Of a stretch of DNA of 64,000 nt, positions 24,892 through 46,127 are shown one piece after another. Origin of the DNA: Selaginella moellendorffii (taxonomy: Eukaryota > Plantae > Lycopodiophyta); NCBI RefSeq assembly GCF_000143415.4, contig NW_003314304.1, forward strand, positions 192,169-256,168, written 5' to 3'. Every line of letters begins with the position of its first letter. Position 1 is the first letter of the stretch. The notes under the pieces are model-generated. The model saw only the letters and a list, made by a program, of their open reading frames with translations, ran no database searches and had not been told where the DNA came from. The translations under genes were made by a program, and so were the position numbers.

Positions 24892-26088
24892 ATGGCGGGG
24901 ACATTGCCTTTGCCGCATTTTCCAAATTCTCCGGCACTTGGTGGAGCTTCTACGAGGTAGAGAATGGCATTTTGTTCCTCACAGACTATAAGAGCCCAAA
25001 GTTGATTTACAGGCTATGCTGCCAAAGGAGGGATAGTGTTTCCAGATCCTCCATTGATACTCCTGCCAATGCCAGACTTCTCACTGGGTGTAGAGATTCT
25101 TTCAATCAGCAGCCAAATTTCTATCTTGTCCGTGAAGCACAGTCCGATGAAGATTTCTGGGTAAGTGTTTCTCGGGGCAAACTATATCTAAGTTTTTTCC
25201 TTCTTTGTTTTAAACTTTTCCAGACAGCTTCCTGGCTGCGTTCTGAATGCTACTTTGAAGATCAAGGCTCTGATCGGTACACTACATTTCAAAAGAAAGA
25301 AAAAACACCAAATGTTCTCTTTGCTTTTTTTTTTTTCCGCTGTGGCAGCTTCGTCCAAAGCTACAAAAAGAAATTCTCCGAACAGGTGATATAGTTTATA
25401 GCCATTGTTTCTTGAAGCTTTTGGCTCCCTGAAATGTGGCAGGAGTTCATAACTTTGAAGCGACGCTGCGCTGGAAGATATGGTAATTGCTTACGATGCA
25501 CCTGCTTGTTAGCGGTAAACTCTAGAGCTCTTTTCTCTTAGCTTGTATGTAAGCATCCTCTCATGCCAGGTTCTTAACGATGGATCATCCCTGCTCAATC
25601 GGGTCATTGGAACAACGGACTTAAGCTTGCGTCAAGCTTTGCCAGGAGTGGGCTTTCTTTGCGTTTGTTCTTTCTCCTATGTGTGTGATTCCTTGTTTGT
25701 TCCCAGGATGACTCGAGGACTCTTGGCATTCAAACCCAGCCTTATGGCTACATTGCAAACGTATGCGTGTCGAGAAGCCATCGGAGAAGAGGAGTTGCCT
25801 CCAGTTTGCTTGAATCCTCTGTGCAAGTAGCCAAGTTTTGGGGTTGGATCCTTTCTTTCCTCTTGCTTACTCATAATTCTTCTTCTCGTTCATCTTTCAG
25901 GATTGAAAAGAGTGTATGTTCATGTCGATTCTGGTAACAAAGCTGCAAGGCTGGTCTATCATCGCCAAGGATTTCAGGTAAATATTGGTTCTAGTTTTTC
26001 ACTTTTTTTTCCCAAACTACAAACTTTCTAGCTTGTACAAGCGCGAAATCCCGATGATCACATCTTGCTGCTTAGCCTTGAGCTGTAA
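24892..26088 (+). CDS. GCN5-related N-acetyltransferase (At2g06025/GNAT6-like), multi-exon
   Basis: ATG at 24892 (MAGTLPLPHF...). LVREAQSDEDFW|TASWLRSE..FE...DR|FVQSYKKKFSEQ|EF..LKRRC; VIGTTDLSLR; YGYIANVCVSRSHRRRGVASSLL (acetyl-CoA motif RxxGxA); VYVHVDSGNKAARLVY...GF. Confidence 0.88.
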
Positions 26089-26321
26089 AACTTGAGGTAA
26101 TACACATACCATAAACTTGAGCTTTCTCTCTGCTCTAACATTGTTTTTCAGTCCAGTAATGTCACATCCAGTCCATCCATTCGAGCTCATCTCGCGGCTG
26201 CAATGCCTCCACGTAGTCGTAGGAATGAAATAGGGCGCGGATGTAAATTTCTCGCGTGGCGAAGCTCGCGTTTTCGTCAGATCCGATCTGAAGAGTTTCC
26301 AGCAGCTCCAGAAAATTCCGG

Positions 26322-27584
26322 ATGGTTGTTTGCAAATGCCGAGCGGTAAGCTTTTGATCCTTCTCTCTTTTGATTCTTTGTAGCTAAGATTTATGATCGA
26401 TTTGATCGCTTTGGTTCGTTTCAGTCGACCAGGCTCTATTGTTTCGTCCACAAAGTTCCAGTGTGCTCTCAATGCATTTGCTTCCAGCAACATCAGCTAT
26501 GCGTTGTAAGTTTCTAGCTTTTTTTCTTCGCAAGAACGAGTAACAAAACAATTTTTTTTTTCTCGTCGAAGGTCCGAACTTACGCGGAATGGGTTGTGGA
26601 TGGAGATTACGATTGGCCTCCTCAGTGTAGTCTCTGCCAGCAATCGCTACTCGGTGCCGAGGGAGACGTGATTCGTCTCGGTTGCTTGCGTAAAACTTCT
26701 CCTTTTTTCTACGATCGTATCGCTCTGATGCTCTTCTTCTTTCGCAGATCTGCTGCACGGAGCTTGCCTGAAAACGCTCTTGACGAGTGGCGACTTGCAT
26801 GGTTCTTCGCCGCATGCGTGCCCGTCCTGTTCATCTGTGGTACGCCGAAAGTTAGTCACAGATCTTCGAAATAAAACGTACCTCTTTTCTGAAAGGTATG
26901 GCCTCCGAAGAACTTCAGAGATCTTGGCACTGGCCTCCCTCTCGTTCTAAAGCAGGCAATCTCTCAGGTGCGTTCCTCTTTCCCTTCCTGTAGTCGTATC
27001 TGTCGATGTTGGTTTCCTGTCAGACTAGTGGCGATGGTACTGAAAGCTTTCCCAAAGAAACTCGTGATCTTTCCCCGGAAACCAGCTCTTCGGAAACAGT
27101 GCTCCTCAGCGAAGCACCAAAGCTCTCGTCCAGCGTTGTCGACATGAGAACCAGCCAGGAATTCGAGCACCCGGTAAGTTTTTTCCTGTTCGTTTCCCTG
27201 TGTTCTTCAAGTTTTCATGCCAGCCGAGCTCTGTACGCGACGAGAACGAGTGGAAGTATCGCCGCCGAGGTAACGAAACTTTGTACGCTTTTCCACGTCC
27301 ATTTCACTTGTCACAATCTCTGGAGCCGGGTGTGTAGGTCCAATGCACAGACAAGTGGCGAGGCACCTGCTTCCTCTCTGGGCCTCTTCTCGAGCAGCAA
27401 CAACACTGCCTTTGACCACTGCCGAGGACTGTCGTCGAGCTTCCAAGGCCAGTACCAGCAAGATTCTCCTGTTTGTCGCAATCATGTAAGGAACTGGACC
27501 GCCTTGTTATGGAATGCTCATTAGAATCTTTACAGGTCCTGTATAGCAACAGTGGTCTTGTTATATCAAAGAATCCAGCGATGA
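26322..27584 (+). CDS. ZFPL1: Zinc finger protein-like 1 (ZFPL1) homolog with C-terminal TM anchor
   Basis: MVVCKCR..TRLYCFVHKVPVCSQCIC...HQLCVVRTYAEWVVDGDYDWPPQCSLC...RLGCL...H.ACL...CPSC; C-terminal KILLFVAIMSCIATVVLLYQR. Confidence 0.9.
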
Positions 27585-27710
27585 AAGGATAGAAACAAAC
27601 TGATGCTAGACACACCGAGCTTGTGTAGACGATTCTCTTCTTAGAAAGAAAAGTCACTCAAAATCATTAGAACATGGAAAATGTAACAGTTAGCAGCTAA
27701 GAAAACCTTC

Positions 27711-28566
27711 TCAAATGTTGTTCTCGGCTGGATCCGCTGCTCCATTCTCACCACCTGGAAGATCGACAAGTCAGAAGTCTAGAAACATGACTGCTAGTTG
27801 GCAATTTCCTGGGAAAAGAAAAGAAAAGATCGGATTTACCTTCTCCATCCGAAGCACCATAGGCAGCTTTTCTGGAAGGGAGAGGCTGGTGGGGAGTAGG
27901 CTGAGGAAAAAAAAAAAAAAAACAGAGGCACTGTAAGCACGAGCAACATTCCCGGGACGAATGCAAGAAATTTACCTGCAGTTTTGGACGAAGGGATTCG
28001 ATCAAACTCTTTGGCTTCTGACCGACCGGTCCACCTTGCTGTTAAACTCGCGATTAAGAAAGAGAAAAAAGAAAAAGAAAAGCATGACTGCACCGCACCT
28101 TTCCAAGAGCCCAGTCCGCGGAATCGAAGAACGCTCGCTCGTGATCCTGTAGAGAAATGGGCGGCATTTTAGAAGAGAAGGAGAAGGAAATTCTCTTCTT
28201 CGTTTTCTTCCTTGCTTCAAGCTTTCTAGCTAAAGATCTTCTAGTTTTCTAGCAAGAAATCCTCTAGGTGGAGAAACAAACCATGGAACTCACCTTGGAA
28301 ATGAGGGGTGGTTTCTTTGGTCTCAATCCGCCATATTTCCTCTTCACTGCGGCTTCCTATAGCAACAAATCCAAAGAGATCTCTCAATTCCCGGACAAGG
28401 ACGATTAGAATCAAACAATCAAAGAGACCTCCTCTTCCGGCGATGGCATTCGCTGCTCCTCGGCCGCGTGGCTCACAGCTGCCGCGTCTTCATCCTCTCC
28501 CGGCGATGGCCGCTGGCGCTGGCGCTGCTCCTCCTCGTCGCCGGGATTGCTGCTCTTGGCATCCAT
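27711..28566 (-). CDS. Endosulfine / cAMP-regulated phosphoprotein (ENSA/ARPP19-like) family protein
   Basis: MPSPEEE|EAAVKRKYGGLRPKKPPLISK|DHERAFFDSADWALGK...ESLRPKLQ|PTPHQ, the plant endosulfine signature. Confidence 0.92.
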
Positions 28567-28709
28567 TTCGCGATTCCAACCGATCGGACCGGGCGACAAC
28601 GCTGCGGCGCTCCACGCGATACTGCCAATCGACCTACCGTGACGCTGCAAATGCCCCAAGAATATCCCTGGCCAGTAGTAGAATATGCTGTTTACTTTGA
28701 AAAAGCTTT

Positions 28710-34124
<5,415 letters not shown>

Positions 34125-34278
34125 TGTGCTCGAGTCCTGGAAATGCAGGCCCGGATTGACGAATGCTCTCTATTTCCTCTAAGCATACCTGCTCTTCGCT
34201 CTCTTTCGCCATGGCGGAAATAACCTACACGAACACAAATAAGGAAGAACCCTGATGCATTTCACACCCTTGAAAATT

Positions 34279-34350
34279 GGTCCCATAGTCTAGTGGTTAC
34301 GACATTGGACTTTGAATCCAAGAGCCCGAGTTCGAATCTCGGTGGGACCT
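34279..34350 (+). tRNA. tRNA-Gln (anticodon TTG)
   Basis: Acceptor stem GGTCCCA/TGGGACC, D-arm GTCTAGTGGTTACGAC, anticodon stem TTGGA-CT(TTG)AA-TCCAA, T-arm CCGAG-TTCGAAT-CTCGG; 72 nt. Confidence 0.95.
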
Positions 34351-34543
34351 AATTAAATAACTATAACAAAAGATTATGAATTATATATTAATTTTATGCA
34401 ATTATAAACTAATCAAATTCACTTAAAACAAATTCATCAACTTTGGTAATTGAGGCAAGAAGGTACAAATATAAAGTCAATAATATTTGGATTTTTGGCT
34501 TATCAATCACTAATTGTTTTTAACAGCTTTAGCATTTATCATT

Positions 34544-34945
34544 ATGAGATATGCATGCATTCTTGCATTGATCATAGTTGTTAAAAAATTTGAGCTCTCT
34601 TTGTCAACAGATAATTATTCTAATCGAGTTTTAATTCACTGCTTTGATGACTTCCATGCTGTAACATCACAGCAGGATTATAATAGATGTAGTAATGAAG
34701 TCTGGACCCAATTTGTTGGAAGTGGGTTTCGCTCTGGTCGTTACATGTCTCAATTTGGTATATTTACTATAATTTTAGAGATTGGGTTTTACCATACTTC
34801 TCTTAGTACTGATTTTAACCAAGCTTTATTAGACATTTGGGATATTTGTCTTGCTCACTTTGATCCAGGAGGTATTGTTACTCTTGAGGATGGGTCTATG
34901 AGATTAACAATGAGATCTAGAAGACGATCCAATGCAAGTAATTAA
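34544..34945 (+). CDS. Small putatively secreted protein, copy A (133 aa), unknown family
   Basis: Intronless ORF with a hydrophobic N-terminus MRYACILALIIVV; aligns without gaps to the paralog at 39555. Confidence 0.75.
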   Translation: MRYACILALIIVVKKFELSLSTDNYSNRVLIHCFDDFHAVTSQQDYNRCSNEVWTQFVGSGFRSGRYMSQFGIFTIILEIGFYHTSLSTDFNQALLDIWDICLAHFDPGGIVTLEDGSMRLTMRSRRRSNASN

Positions 34946-35570
34946 TAGAGAAATGACTTCCACTATAAATTAATTTAGATATATTGACCTCAATATCTAA
35001 TTCATTAACCAAGAGCTACAGACATTATATGGTGTGTTGCATACCTGATTTTGGTGTTGAAAAGTGGTTTTTTGCCACTATGGAAAAGAAATATTGCCCT
35101 TATGAAAACATCAAGACAAACTAGCCACTTGGGCAATAAAAGGCTCTATAAACCTCATGTATGAGTGGAATAAAGAATGGTGGCATGAGCTTAAAATTTA
35201 GGATTGAACCTAGAATTGGTAAGATCCATTTGATGATTAGCCAATAGAAATGAATTAAGTATTACAATAATGTTGACATTACTATTCAACAATCAACCCT
35301 ATAGTTATTTGGATTTTCTGGGATATCATCATACCACCAATAGGTATGTAAGACTTTTGTTACCTACCACTGCACTGGTTGGAAGCTGACACATCCCCAC
35401 AAGTAACAACTTTGTTAGCAATGTGATTTTGGCTAAATGGAGGATGTTTATCATACTCTTCCAATATAGCATTTACAGGACCGAACCACCCTCCCATGAT
35501 AAGCATGTATGCTAACCAAGGCTAGAGGGAGAGTGAGAGGGAACAAATACATTCATTTATATAGATAGAA

Positions 35571-35572
<2 letters not shown>

Positions 35573-35608
<36 letters not shown>
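35573..35608. repeat. (TA)n microsatellite
   Basis: About 18 TA units seen directly. Confidence 0.95.
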
Positions 35609-35610
<2 letters not shown>

Positions 35611-36859
35611 TAATCCCTACATCCAATGCTAGGTAGTTAGCAAAACCACCCTCTCTAACTTGTTAACAAACTAGTCTATGATTTCATAATACAACTCAAT
35701 CGCATCTCACAATGATCACTACTCTATTTTGTTGATCCCTAGTTGCCTAAAGTAAAACAACATAGATTTTAAATAATCAAAATTCCTCAATGCGAAACAC
35801 ATAAAAGCACTTCACTCTAAGTTCTAACTTTTCTAATAGAGGCTACTTCTAAGTTACAGCTTGAGAACACCTTTTGTGTGGAAGTGTAAATCTTAATTTT
35901 ATGTAAGAAAAGAAGAAATAGCTTCTTACACCAACTCTTAAATGTATGTTCAAAGGCAACCTTTATATGCATGAAGAGTTGAACGTATGTTCAAAGGCAA
36001 CCTCTATGTGCATGAATGAAACAAGGAAAAAATTTAACTTTTTGATTGTCAAACTTAAGGTCAACAACTAAAGAGAACAATTTAAGAAATACTTTATTAA
36101 ATTTTAAATAATAAAAGGGTAAGTGTATAAGAATCTTGGGCTATTAAAGTGAAAATTATTCAACTTAGTAGTGACCTACATTAGTTTTTGAGTTTACAAA
36201 TACACTTATTGAAAAATCAAATTAAATAGTACAATTATACAGTTCAGAAGTACAAGAAAAGTCTTTAAAGTGATCATTATTTATTATTTATTTATCATCA
36301 TTATTAAAGTGATCATTATTTAAAGTGATCAAATTTAGACTTGTATAAATTAAGTTTTAAGTCCTGTATAAATTAAGTTTTCATATAAATAAGCTTAAAT
36401 CACGTCCTTCAAGGATTACATTTCTAGGTATTTTTACAGTTCAATAACAAGTTGGATAACAGTGTTTTACAGTTACTGTTATCGGAACAGTTTTTTATTT
36501 AACATTTATTAACTTGTGATTGTATATTTAAAATTTTGAAAAATAAAAAGGAAAATATGCAAAGATTAACCCTTAAAAAGCTTAACCTTTAAACTATAAA
36601 TTTATAAATATATCACTAGAATCAATAAAAAAATCTAAGCTTACTACATCTGCCTCACATTTCCTACAGGCTATTTCTAAACCCTAAATCTCTAAATTTT
36701 ATTTTATTGAGGCACAACATAGTACATTTATAGAAGATAATTTATATGTAATAAACATGATTACAATTAATAGTATATACTTATTATAAAATGGAAGATT
36801 TCGGTCAATAAAAGGTAGAAAGTAACACTGGCACATCATTTATAGCTTGTTGCTAAATT

Positions 36860-39337
36860 TCACACATTCAATGTATTTGACAAGATGATATAATTTGCTG
36901 CATTATCCTCAAAGTTGAGCAACTCTATAAATGCTCTTTGTGCTATATCCACATTCTTCCACTTCTTACATGCATCCATCACTAAGATCCAAGTCACAGC
37001 GTCGGCCTTGCATGGCATTGCTTGTAGCACCTCCACAGCCTGGCCAACTTTGTTGGCTCTACAAAGCATGTCCGCCATGCAGTGATAGTGCTCGACGCTG
37101 GGAACTATTCCAAACTTCGAGGAGCTCATCCAGCTAAAAATCTCCCGTCCCTTATCCACGAGACCGGCATGACTACAAGCAGTAAGAATCGACAGGAATG
37201 TTATGGAATCCGGCTTAAACCCCTCATCCAGCATCTTGTCAAAGAGATCAAACACCGTTTTGGAGGTCCCTTGGAGGCTATACCCTGCTATCAGCGCGGT
37301 CCAAGTTGAAACTTTGGTTTCCTTGATGGAGCAAAAGATCTGCTCGGCTTCTACCATGGTTCCACACTTGACGTAAAAATCCACGAGCTGAGTCGCGATG
37401 GCTGGATCGTCCTCGAGGCCACACTGGCAAACTTCCGCGTGGAGTGCTTTCCCTGTCCTTAGCTCTCCAGTGTTCTTGGAAGCCTTTAGACCCGTGAGAA
37501 ACGTCCACGAGCTCCGTGCCAAGCAACCCCCGGATCTCATTTGAGCAATCAGCTCCAAGGCCTTGCCTCCCTGCTCATTTTCGCAGTAGCCGGAGATTAA
37601 TCCCATCCAGAGCACTGGACTGCGAACTCCGCATCGATCAAAAGCTCGTTGTGAGTCGGCCATGCTTCCACATCTTGCGTAAATCTCCACCAGGCTGCTC
37701 GCAAAGTAGGCATTCTCGCAGTCATGACGCTTCTCAGCAGCTCGAGAGTGAAGAGCCATCGCCATTTCCAGTGACTTCATCCTTACTTTGATCTCTGGAC
37801 CATCACCACCTTTTAAGACCTTTGCGTCTTCGTCCATTGCGAGAGCCGCGCACGCCTTGACTGCTGCAGAGAACGTCCACGAATCCGGGATGCAAGACGC
37901 TTCGGACTGGGCCATCAGGAGCTCAAACAGTTGGAGCGCCAGTCTACCGCCGCCAGGAGTTTCTGCATAGCCACTGATCAACGAGTTCCACTGGAAAATG
38001 CTATGGAGCTTTGTGCTGTCGAAGATCCAGCGAGCCATCTCAATACAGCCACACTTTGTATACGCATCGATCAAGCTGCTCGCCAAGTAAACACCCCATG
38101 AAGAACCAGAGCACTTTGCGTGAGAGTGAATGGCCATCGTCTTCTCCAGAGAGCCAAGCTTCACGAGTCGAGCACCGTCCTCAGTTTTGGTTGCTTCTTC
38201 TCTCGCCGCAAGACCGCTGCAAGCCTTCAGTGCCGCGACGTAAGTGTAAGAGTTCGCTCGAAAGCCTTCGAAGAGCATGGAGGAGAAAAACTCCAAGGCT
38301 AAGTCACACTGCCCGTTCTCGGCATAGCCATTCACCAAAGCCGTCCAAGAAACTAAGCTGTGCTGCGATACCCCATCGAAGCATCGCCGAGCATCAGTCA
38401 CGAGGCCACAGCTCGCGTACATGTCGATCAAACAGGCCTGGAGGAAGGGATCCAAGTTGAGCTTCGCTTGTAGAGCCTGCGAATGGATAGCCATGCCTTT
38501 CTCGAGCGACACGACTTTGAGTGAGAATCCATCCAGCTTGAGAAACTCCTCCTCTGTAGCGCGTCTACTGCAGGCCTTGAGTGCCGAGACAAAGGATCGA
38601 GCGTCTGGCGAGCAGCATTCCTTGTTCTTGGAGCCGATTTTCATGGCTTCAAACAGCTCCAGAGCTCGATCATACTGTCCATTCTCCACATAGCCCTGTA
38701 TCATGGAGTTCCACGCCACCACGTTGAGCTTGGAGCAAATCTGGTCGCTTGCAAAGATGTTCTCGGCACCTCTCATGTCGCCACACTTCGCGTACATGTC
38801 GATCAAGCTGCTCACAACGTAGTTCTCACATAAAAACCGGCTCTTGAGTGCGTGAGAATGGACAGCCATACCTTTCTCCAGAGACACCACTTTGATATTC
38901 GCGGAAAACCTGGATGATTCATCGTGAATTTCCTCCTCCAGCGCAAGACTGGCACAAGCTTTCAGTGCTGCGACGTAAGTTCGAGCATCTGGAACAAACC
39001 CTTCAGAGAGCATCGCCACAAACATCTCCAAGGAGGAATTGCCCTCTCCGTTTCGAGCATACGCAAGCATTACAATGTTCCAAGACACGAGGTCTCGTGT
39101 TCTTGCCATGGAAAACACCCGGTTGGCATCAAACAGGGAGCCACACTTCACGTACATATCAAGGAGGGCATTCTGCACGAAAATGGACTGGAAATGGTCG
39201 TTGTTGAGCTGCGAGTGTATTGCCATACCTCTTTCCAGCATCCGGGCTTTTGCTCCATCTCGAGCTGCGAGGCTGCTACAAGATTTAAGAGCAGCGACCA
39301 GACTCCATGAATTACTCTCTCCGTTCTTGAATTCCAT
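36860..39337 (-). CDS. PLS-class PPR protein with E domain and insert-bearing L motifs (825 aa)
   Basis: Repeated P-L-S triplets (SWNxM..Y..NG, PD..xVAALKAC, LxDMY.KCG); ends TFLSILTACSHAGLVDKG, EHYHCMADMLCRA, AANYIILSN. Intronless. Confidence 0.95.
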   Translation of the reverse strand: MEFKNGESNSWSLVAALKSCSSLAARDGAKARMLERGMAIHSQLNNDHFQSIFVQNALLDMYVKCGSLFDANRVFSMARTRDLVSWNIVMLAYARNGEGNSSLEMFVAMLSEGFVPDARTYVAALKACASLALEEEIHDESSRFSANIKVVSLEKGMAVHSHALKSRFLCENYVVSSLIDMYAKCGDMRGAENIFASDQICSKLNVVAWNSMIQGYVENGQYDRALELFEAMKIGSKNKECCSPDARSFVSALKACSRRATEEEFLKLDGFSLKVVSLEKGMAIHSQALQAKLNLDPFLQACLIDMYASCGLVTDARRCFDGVSQHSLVSWTALVNGYAENGQCDLALEFFSSMLFEGFRANSYTYVAALKACSGLAAREEATKTEDGARLVKLGSLEKTMAIHSHAKCSGSSWGVYLASSLIDAYTKCGCIEMARWIFDSTKLHSIFQWNSLISGYAETPGGGRLALQLFELLMAQSEASCIPDSWTFSAAVKACAALAMDEDAKVLKGGDGPEIKVRMKSLEMAMALHSRAAEKRHDCENAYFASSLVEIYARCGSMADSQRAFDRCGVRSPVLWMGLISGYCENEQGGKALELIAQMRSGGCLARSSWTFLTGLKASKNTGELRTGKALHAEVCQCGLEDDPAIATQLVDFYVKCGTMVEAEQIFCSIKETKVSTWTALIAGYSLQGTSKTVFDLFDKMLDEGFKPDSITFLSILTACSHAGLVDKGREIFSWMSSSKFGIVPSVEHYHCMADMLCRANKVGQAVEVLQAMPCKADAVTWILVMDACKKWKNVDIAQRAFIELLNFEDNAANYIILSNTLNV

Positions 39338-39554
39338 GCCCTATTCCATTTCTGTTTTGTTAATATTTGAAAAAAATGTTGATTCAGAATAATTATCTGC
39401 AATAATTTTTAGCAAAAAAGATATGAAGATGCCAGGCAGAGAAACAAGCGGCTAGTGGATTTATACAATCACTATTGTCTTTATTGAATATGACAAGTGA
39501 TATTATTGTTTTGTTATAAATATTTGTGTGAGAATTGTTATAGTATATATCAAT

Positions 39555-39950
39555 ATGAGGTACATATGCATTCTTACTTTGATCCTAGTTGTTACAAATA
39601 TTGAGCTCTCTTCAGCACCAGACAGCTATTCTACTTATGTTTTAATTGACTGCTTTGATGAGTTCCATGTTATAACACCTCAAGAGCATTATACTAGATG
39701 TGGTGCTCAAGTCTGGACCCAATTTGCTAGAGGTGGGTATAACTCGGGCCGTTATATGGCTCAATTCGGTGTATTTACAGTAATTTTAGAGGTTGGATTT
39801 TTCCATGATGCAATTGCTAGTGATTTTAGGCAAGCTTTATCTGATATCTGGAATGAATGTCTTGCTCACCATGAGGCCGGAGGTTTGGTTAGTGTTGGGG
39901 ACGGGTCTATGAGCTTAATAATGACTTATAGAAGACGCCCAAACTATTAA
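39555..39950 (+). CDS. Small putatively secreted protein, copy B (131 aa), unknown family
   Basis: MRYICILTLILVV signal-like N-terminus; about 58% identical to copy A by hand count (76/131). Confidence 0.75.
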   Translation: MRYICILTLILVVTNIELSSAPDSYSTYVLIDCFDEFHVITPQEHYTRCGAQVWTQFARGGYNSGRYMAQFGVFTVILEVGFFHDAIASDFRQALSDIWNECLAHHEAGGLVSVGDGSMSLIMTYRRRPNY

Positions 39951-40024
39951 CCTTCTAAAAATTAAGTTAGCTTCTAATTATTTGCATGATAGCTTTGACA
40001 ATTTGATCATGCCCATTTGAAATG

Positions 40025-41652
40025 CTAATTGTTCAGAATTCTTGCAAAACTTTCACCAATGCTGTGCTTTGCACTACTTGAAACTGGTGGATCTCCAATG
40101 TAGAGATCAAAGAATGCTCCTGTCAAGAACGTGTATGGACAAGTTTAACAAAATGGAAAGGGTCTTACTGCATAAGTTCTCGCTGAAGATAGTTCCTACA
40201 CGACGACCATCAACTACAGCTTGTAATCTTCCCCCTGGTTGCCAGTGAATATCAATCACAGTCCCCTGTGAAACCCACACAATGTAAGAAGAGCCATCCG
40301 TCTCGAAACTGTCTACCTTGTGGATTTTGAGATCCCCGGAGAGGTAAGAACAGAAGATCTGGAGCCCCTCGTCATCTTCAGCTCCTTTGATCTGATTCAC
40401 GTATTATTGAGCTTTGTCATGAGACGGGAAAGCAAACATGAAATTACCTTTCTTAAGCGATTTCTCAAGGAGACTTGGAAAGCACTAGAAACGAAAATCG
40501 CGAGTTATGTGGAACCCGAAGAAAAACGAACGCACCTTCTCACTAAATCCACAGTCAGGCCTTTGTAGAGAACCACCATTCGCACTGTTAAGCTCACTTC
40601 ATGCCTAAAAACATCTGTCAATAAAAGAGGCTTCAAAAGGTGAAGTGAATCCCTCACCTGAGAAGATCATCGTAGAACTCGGATCGAAACTTGAGATCAC
40701 TAGGAGATACTCCAGCATACTTTGTTCCAAGCTGCGCACGCAGTGATTCAGGATGCACATCTGCTTACTCGAGAAAAAATTTCAAAACGAGACCTTTCAA
40801 ACAAAGCAGACAGCTTACACATGCCAAACGCGTAGAGATTTATCGACTTTATCTTCATCAGTTGTCTGCACCGCACTCCAACCCCGCCAAGCACCTGCAT
40901 GATCAAACGTAAGATGCCGGGAATTCTCTCGAGACGACTGAAGTCACGGCAATCGACGTAAGAAATCACAGACTTACCTACAAAATGCTAACCTGAGAGA
41001 GTTGTAAGCCGTTTCCTTCGAGACCAAGTAGATGGAGCGGGAACTGAACACCGCTATGAGGTTCCACCACCGTCTTTGTAAGATCGCTCGTCCAATCCTG
41101 GGAGGCAGTATCACTCTCCATCGTTATCTCTGTCACTGGAGCCTTGAGAGTAAGCGCAGCTTCGCAAGGTGGCCTGTGAGAGAAAACCAGCAACGAAAGA
41201 ATTAAAGAATAGAAGAGGTAAACTTACGGAACGATCAGAGGCGGCCAGATCGCTGCCGCAAGGATCAAAACAACCGGAGGAACACTGCTGCATTTCTTGT
41301 CCTCGGCACCCCACATTCTCATCCACATCACTGAAGAAGCTCTGGAAAAGCTTTCCCCAACGCTGGGAATGCGAACTTGGCGGCATTTACCCCGCCTCTG
41401 CGTCCTATCACTCGAGAGCGTCGAGGAAGAGGCGCCATTGCTCTTGATCGACAGCAAAAGTCCTCCCAGGAGCGTCCCTACGATGGAATTGAGCGTGAAT
41501 ACCTGCGGCCGAGGAGGAATCGCTGCTCGCGCCGCCCAATCGCACACCGCGGACCAGCCGGCATCCATGGCCAGGAAATCCCTAACCCTAGACCCTATTT
41601 TAGAGGGCTCATCTCCAAGAACGCTGGACGCTGGAAGAGAATACCGATGCAT
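40025..41652 (-). CDS. Chalcone-isomerase-fold fatty-acid-binding protein (FAP2-like), multi-exon
   Basis: VVEPHSGVQFP, VLGGVGVR...KIKSINLYAFG, VHPESL...LG.KY, FYDDLLR, TVRMVV.YKGL, AF..SLRNRL, GTVIDI, AFFDLYIGDPPVS..AK..IG. The start could be 41652 or 41568. Confidence 0.88.
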
Positions 41653-41767
41653 CGCTATTTCGAAGCATATTCGTCTTGGGAGAATATTCACAGCCGTACG
41701 CACACGTGTTTTACCGTACAAGAGGGTTCAGGGCTTAGGGTTCTAGCGGATAGATTTTAAGAGAGAA

Positions 41768-46026
<4,259 letters not shown>

Positions 46027-46127
46027 AAGAACACGGCCATTACGTACAGGGCTTACTTTTGTATAGCAAAAATTTTGGTACGGACTTTATAAGACGGGTA
46101 TATTCTCTCTTTCCTCCTCCGTGTGCT

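Noticed and set aside
35941-36016. Two ~34-bp direct repeats (gtatgttcaaaggcaacct...gcatgaa) as a CRISPR-like array
   Set aside because: Only two copies with a very short spacer in a eukaryotic genome; a simple tandem duplication.
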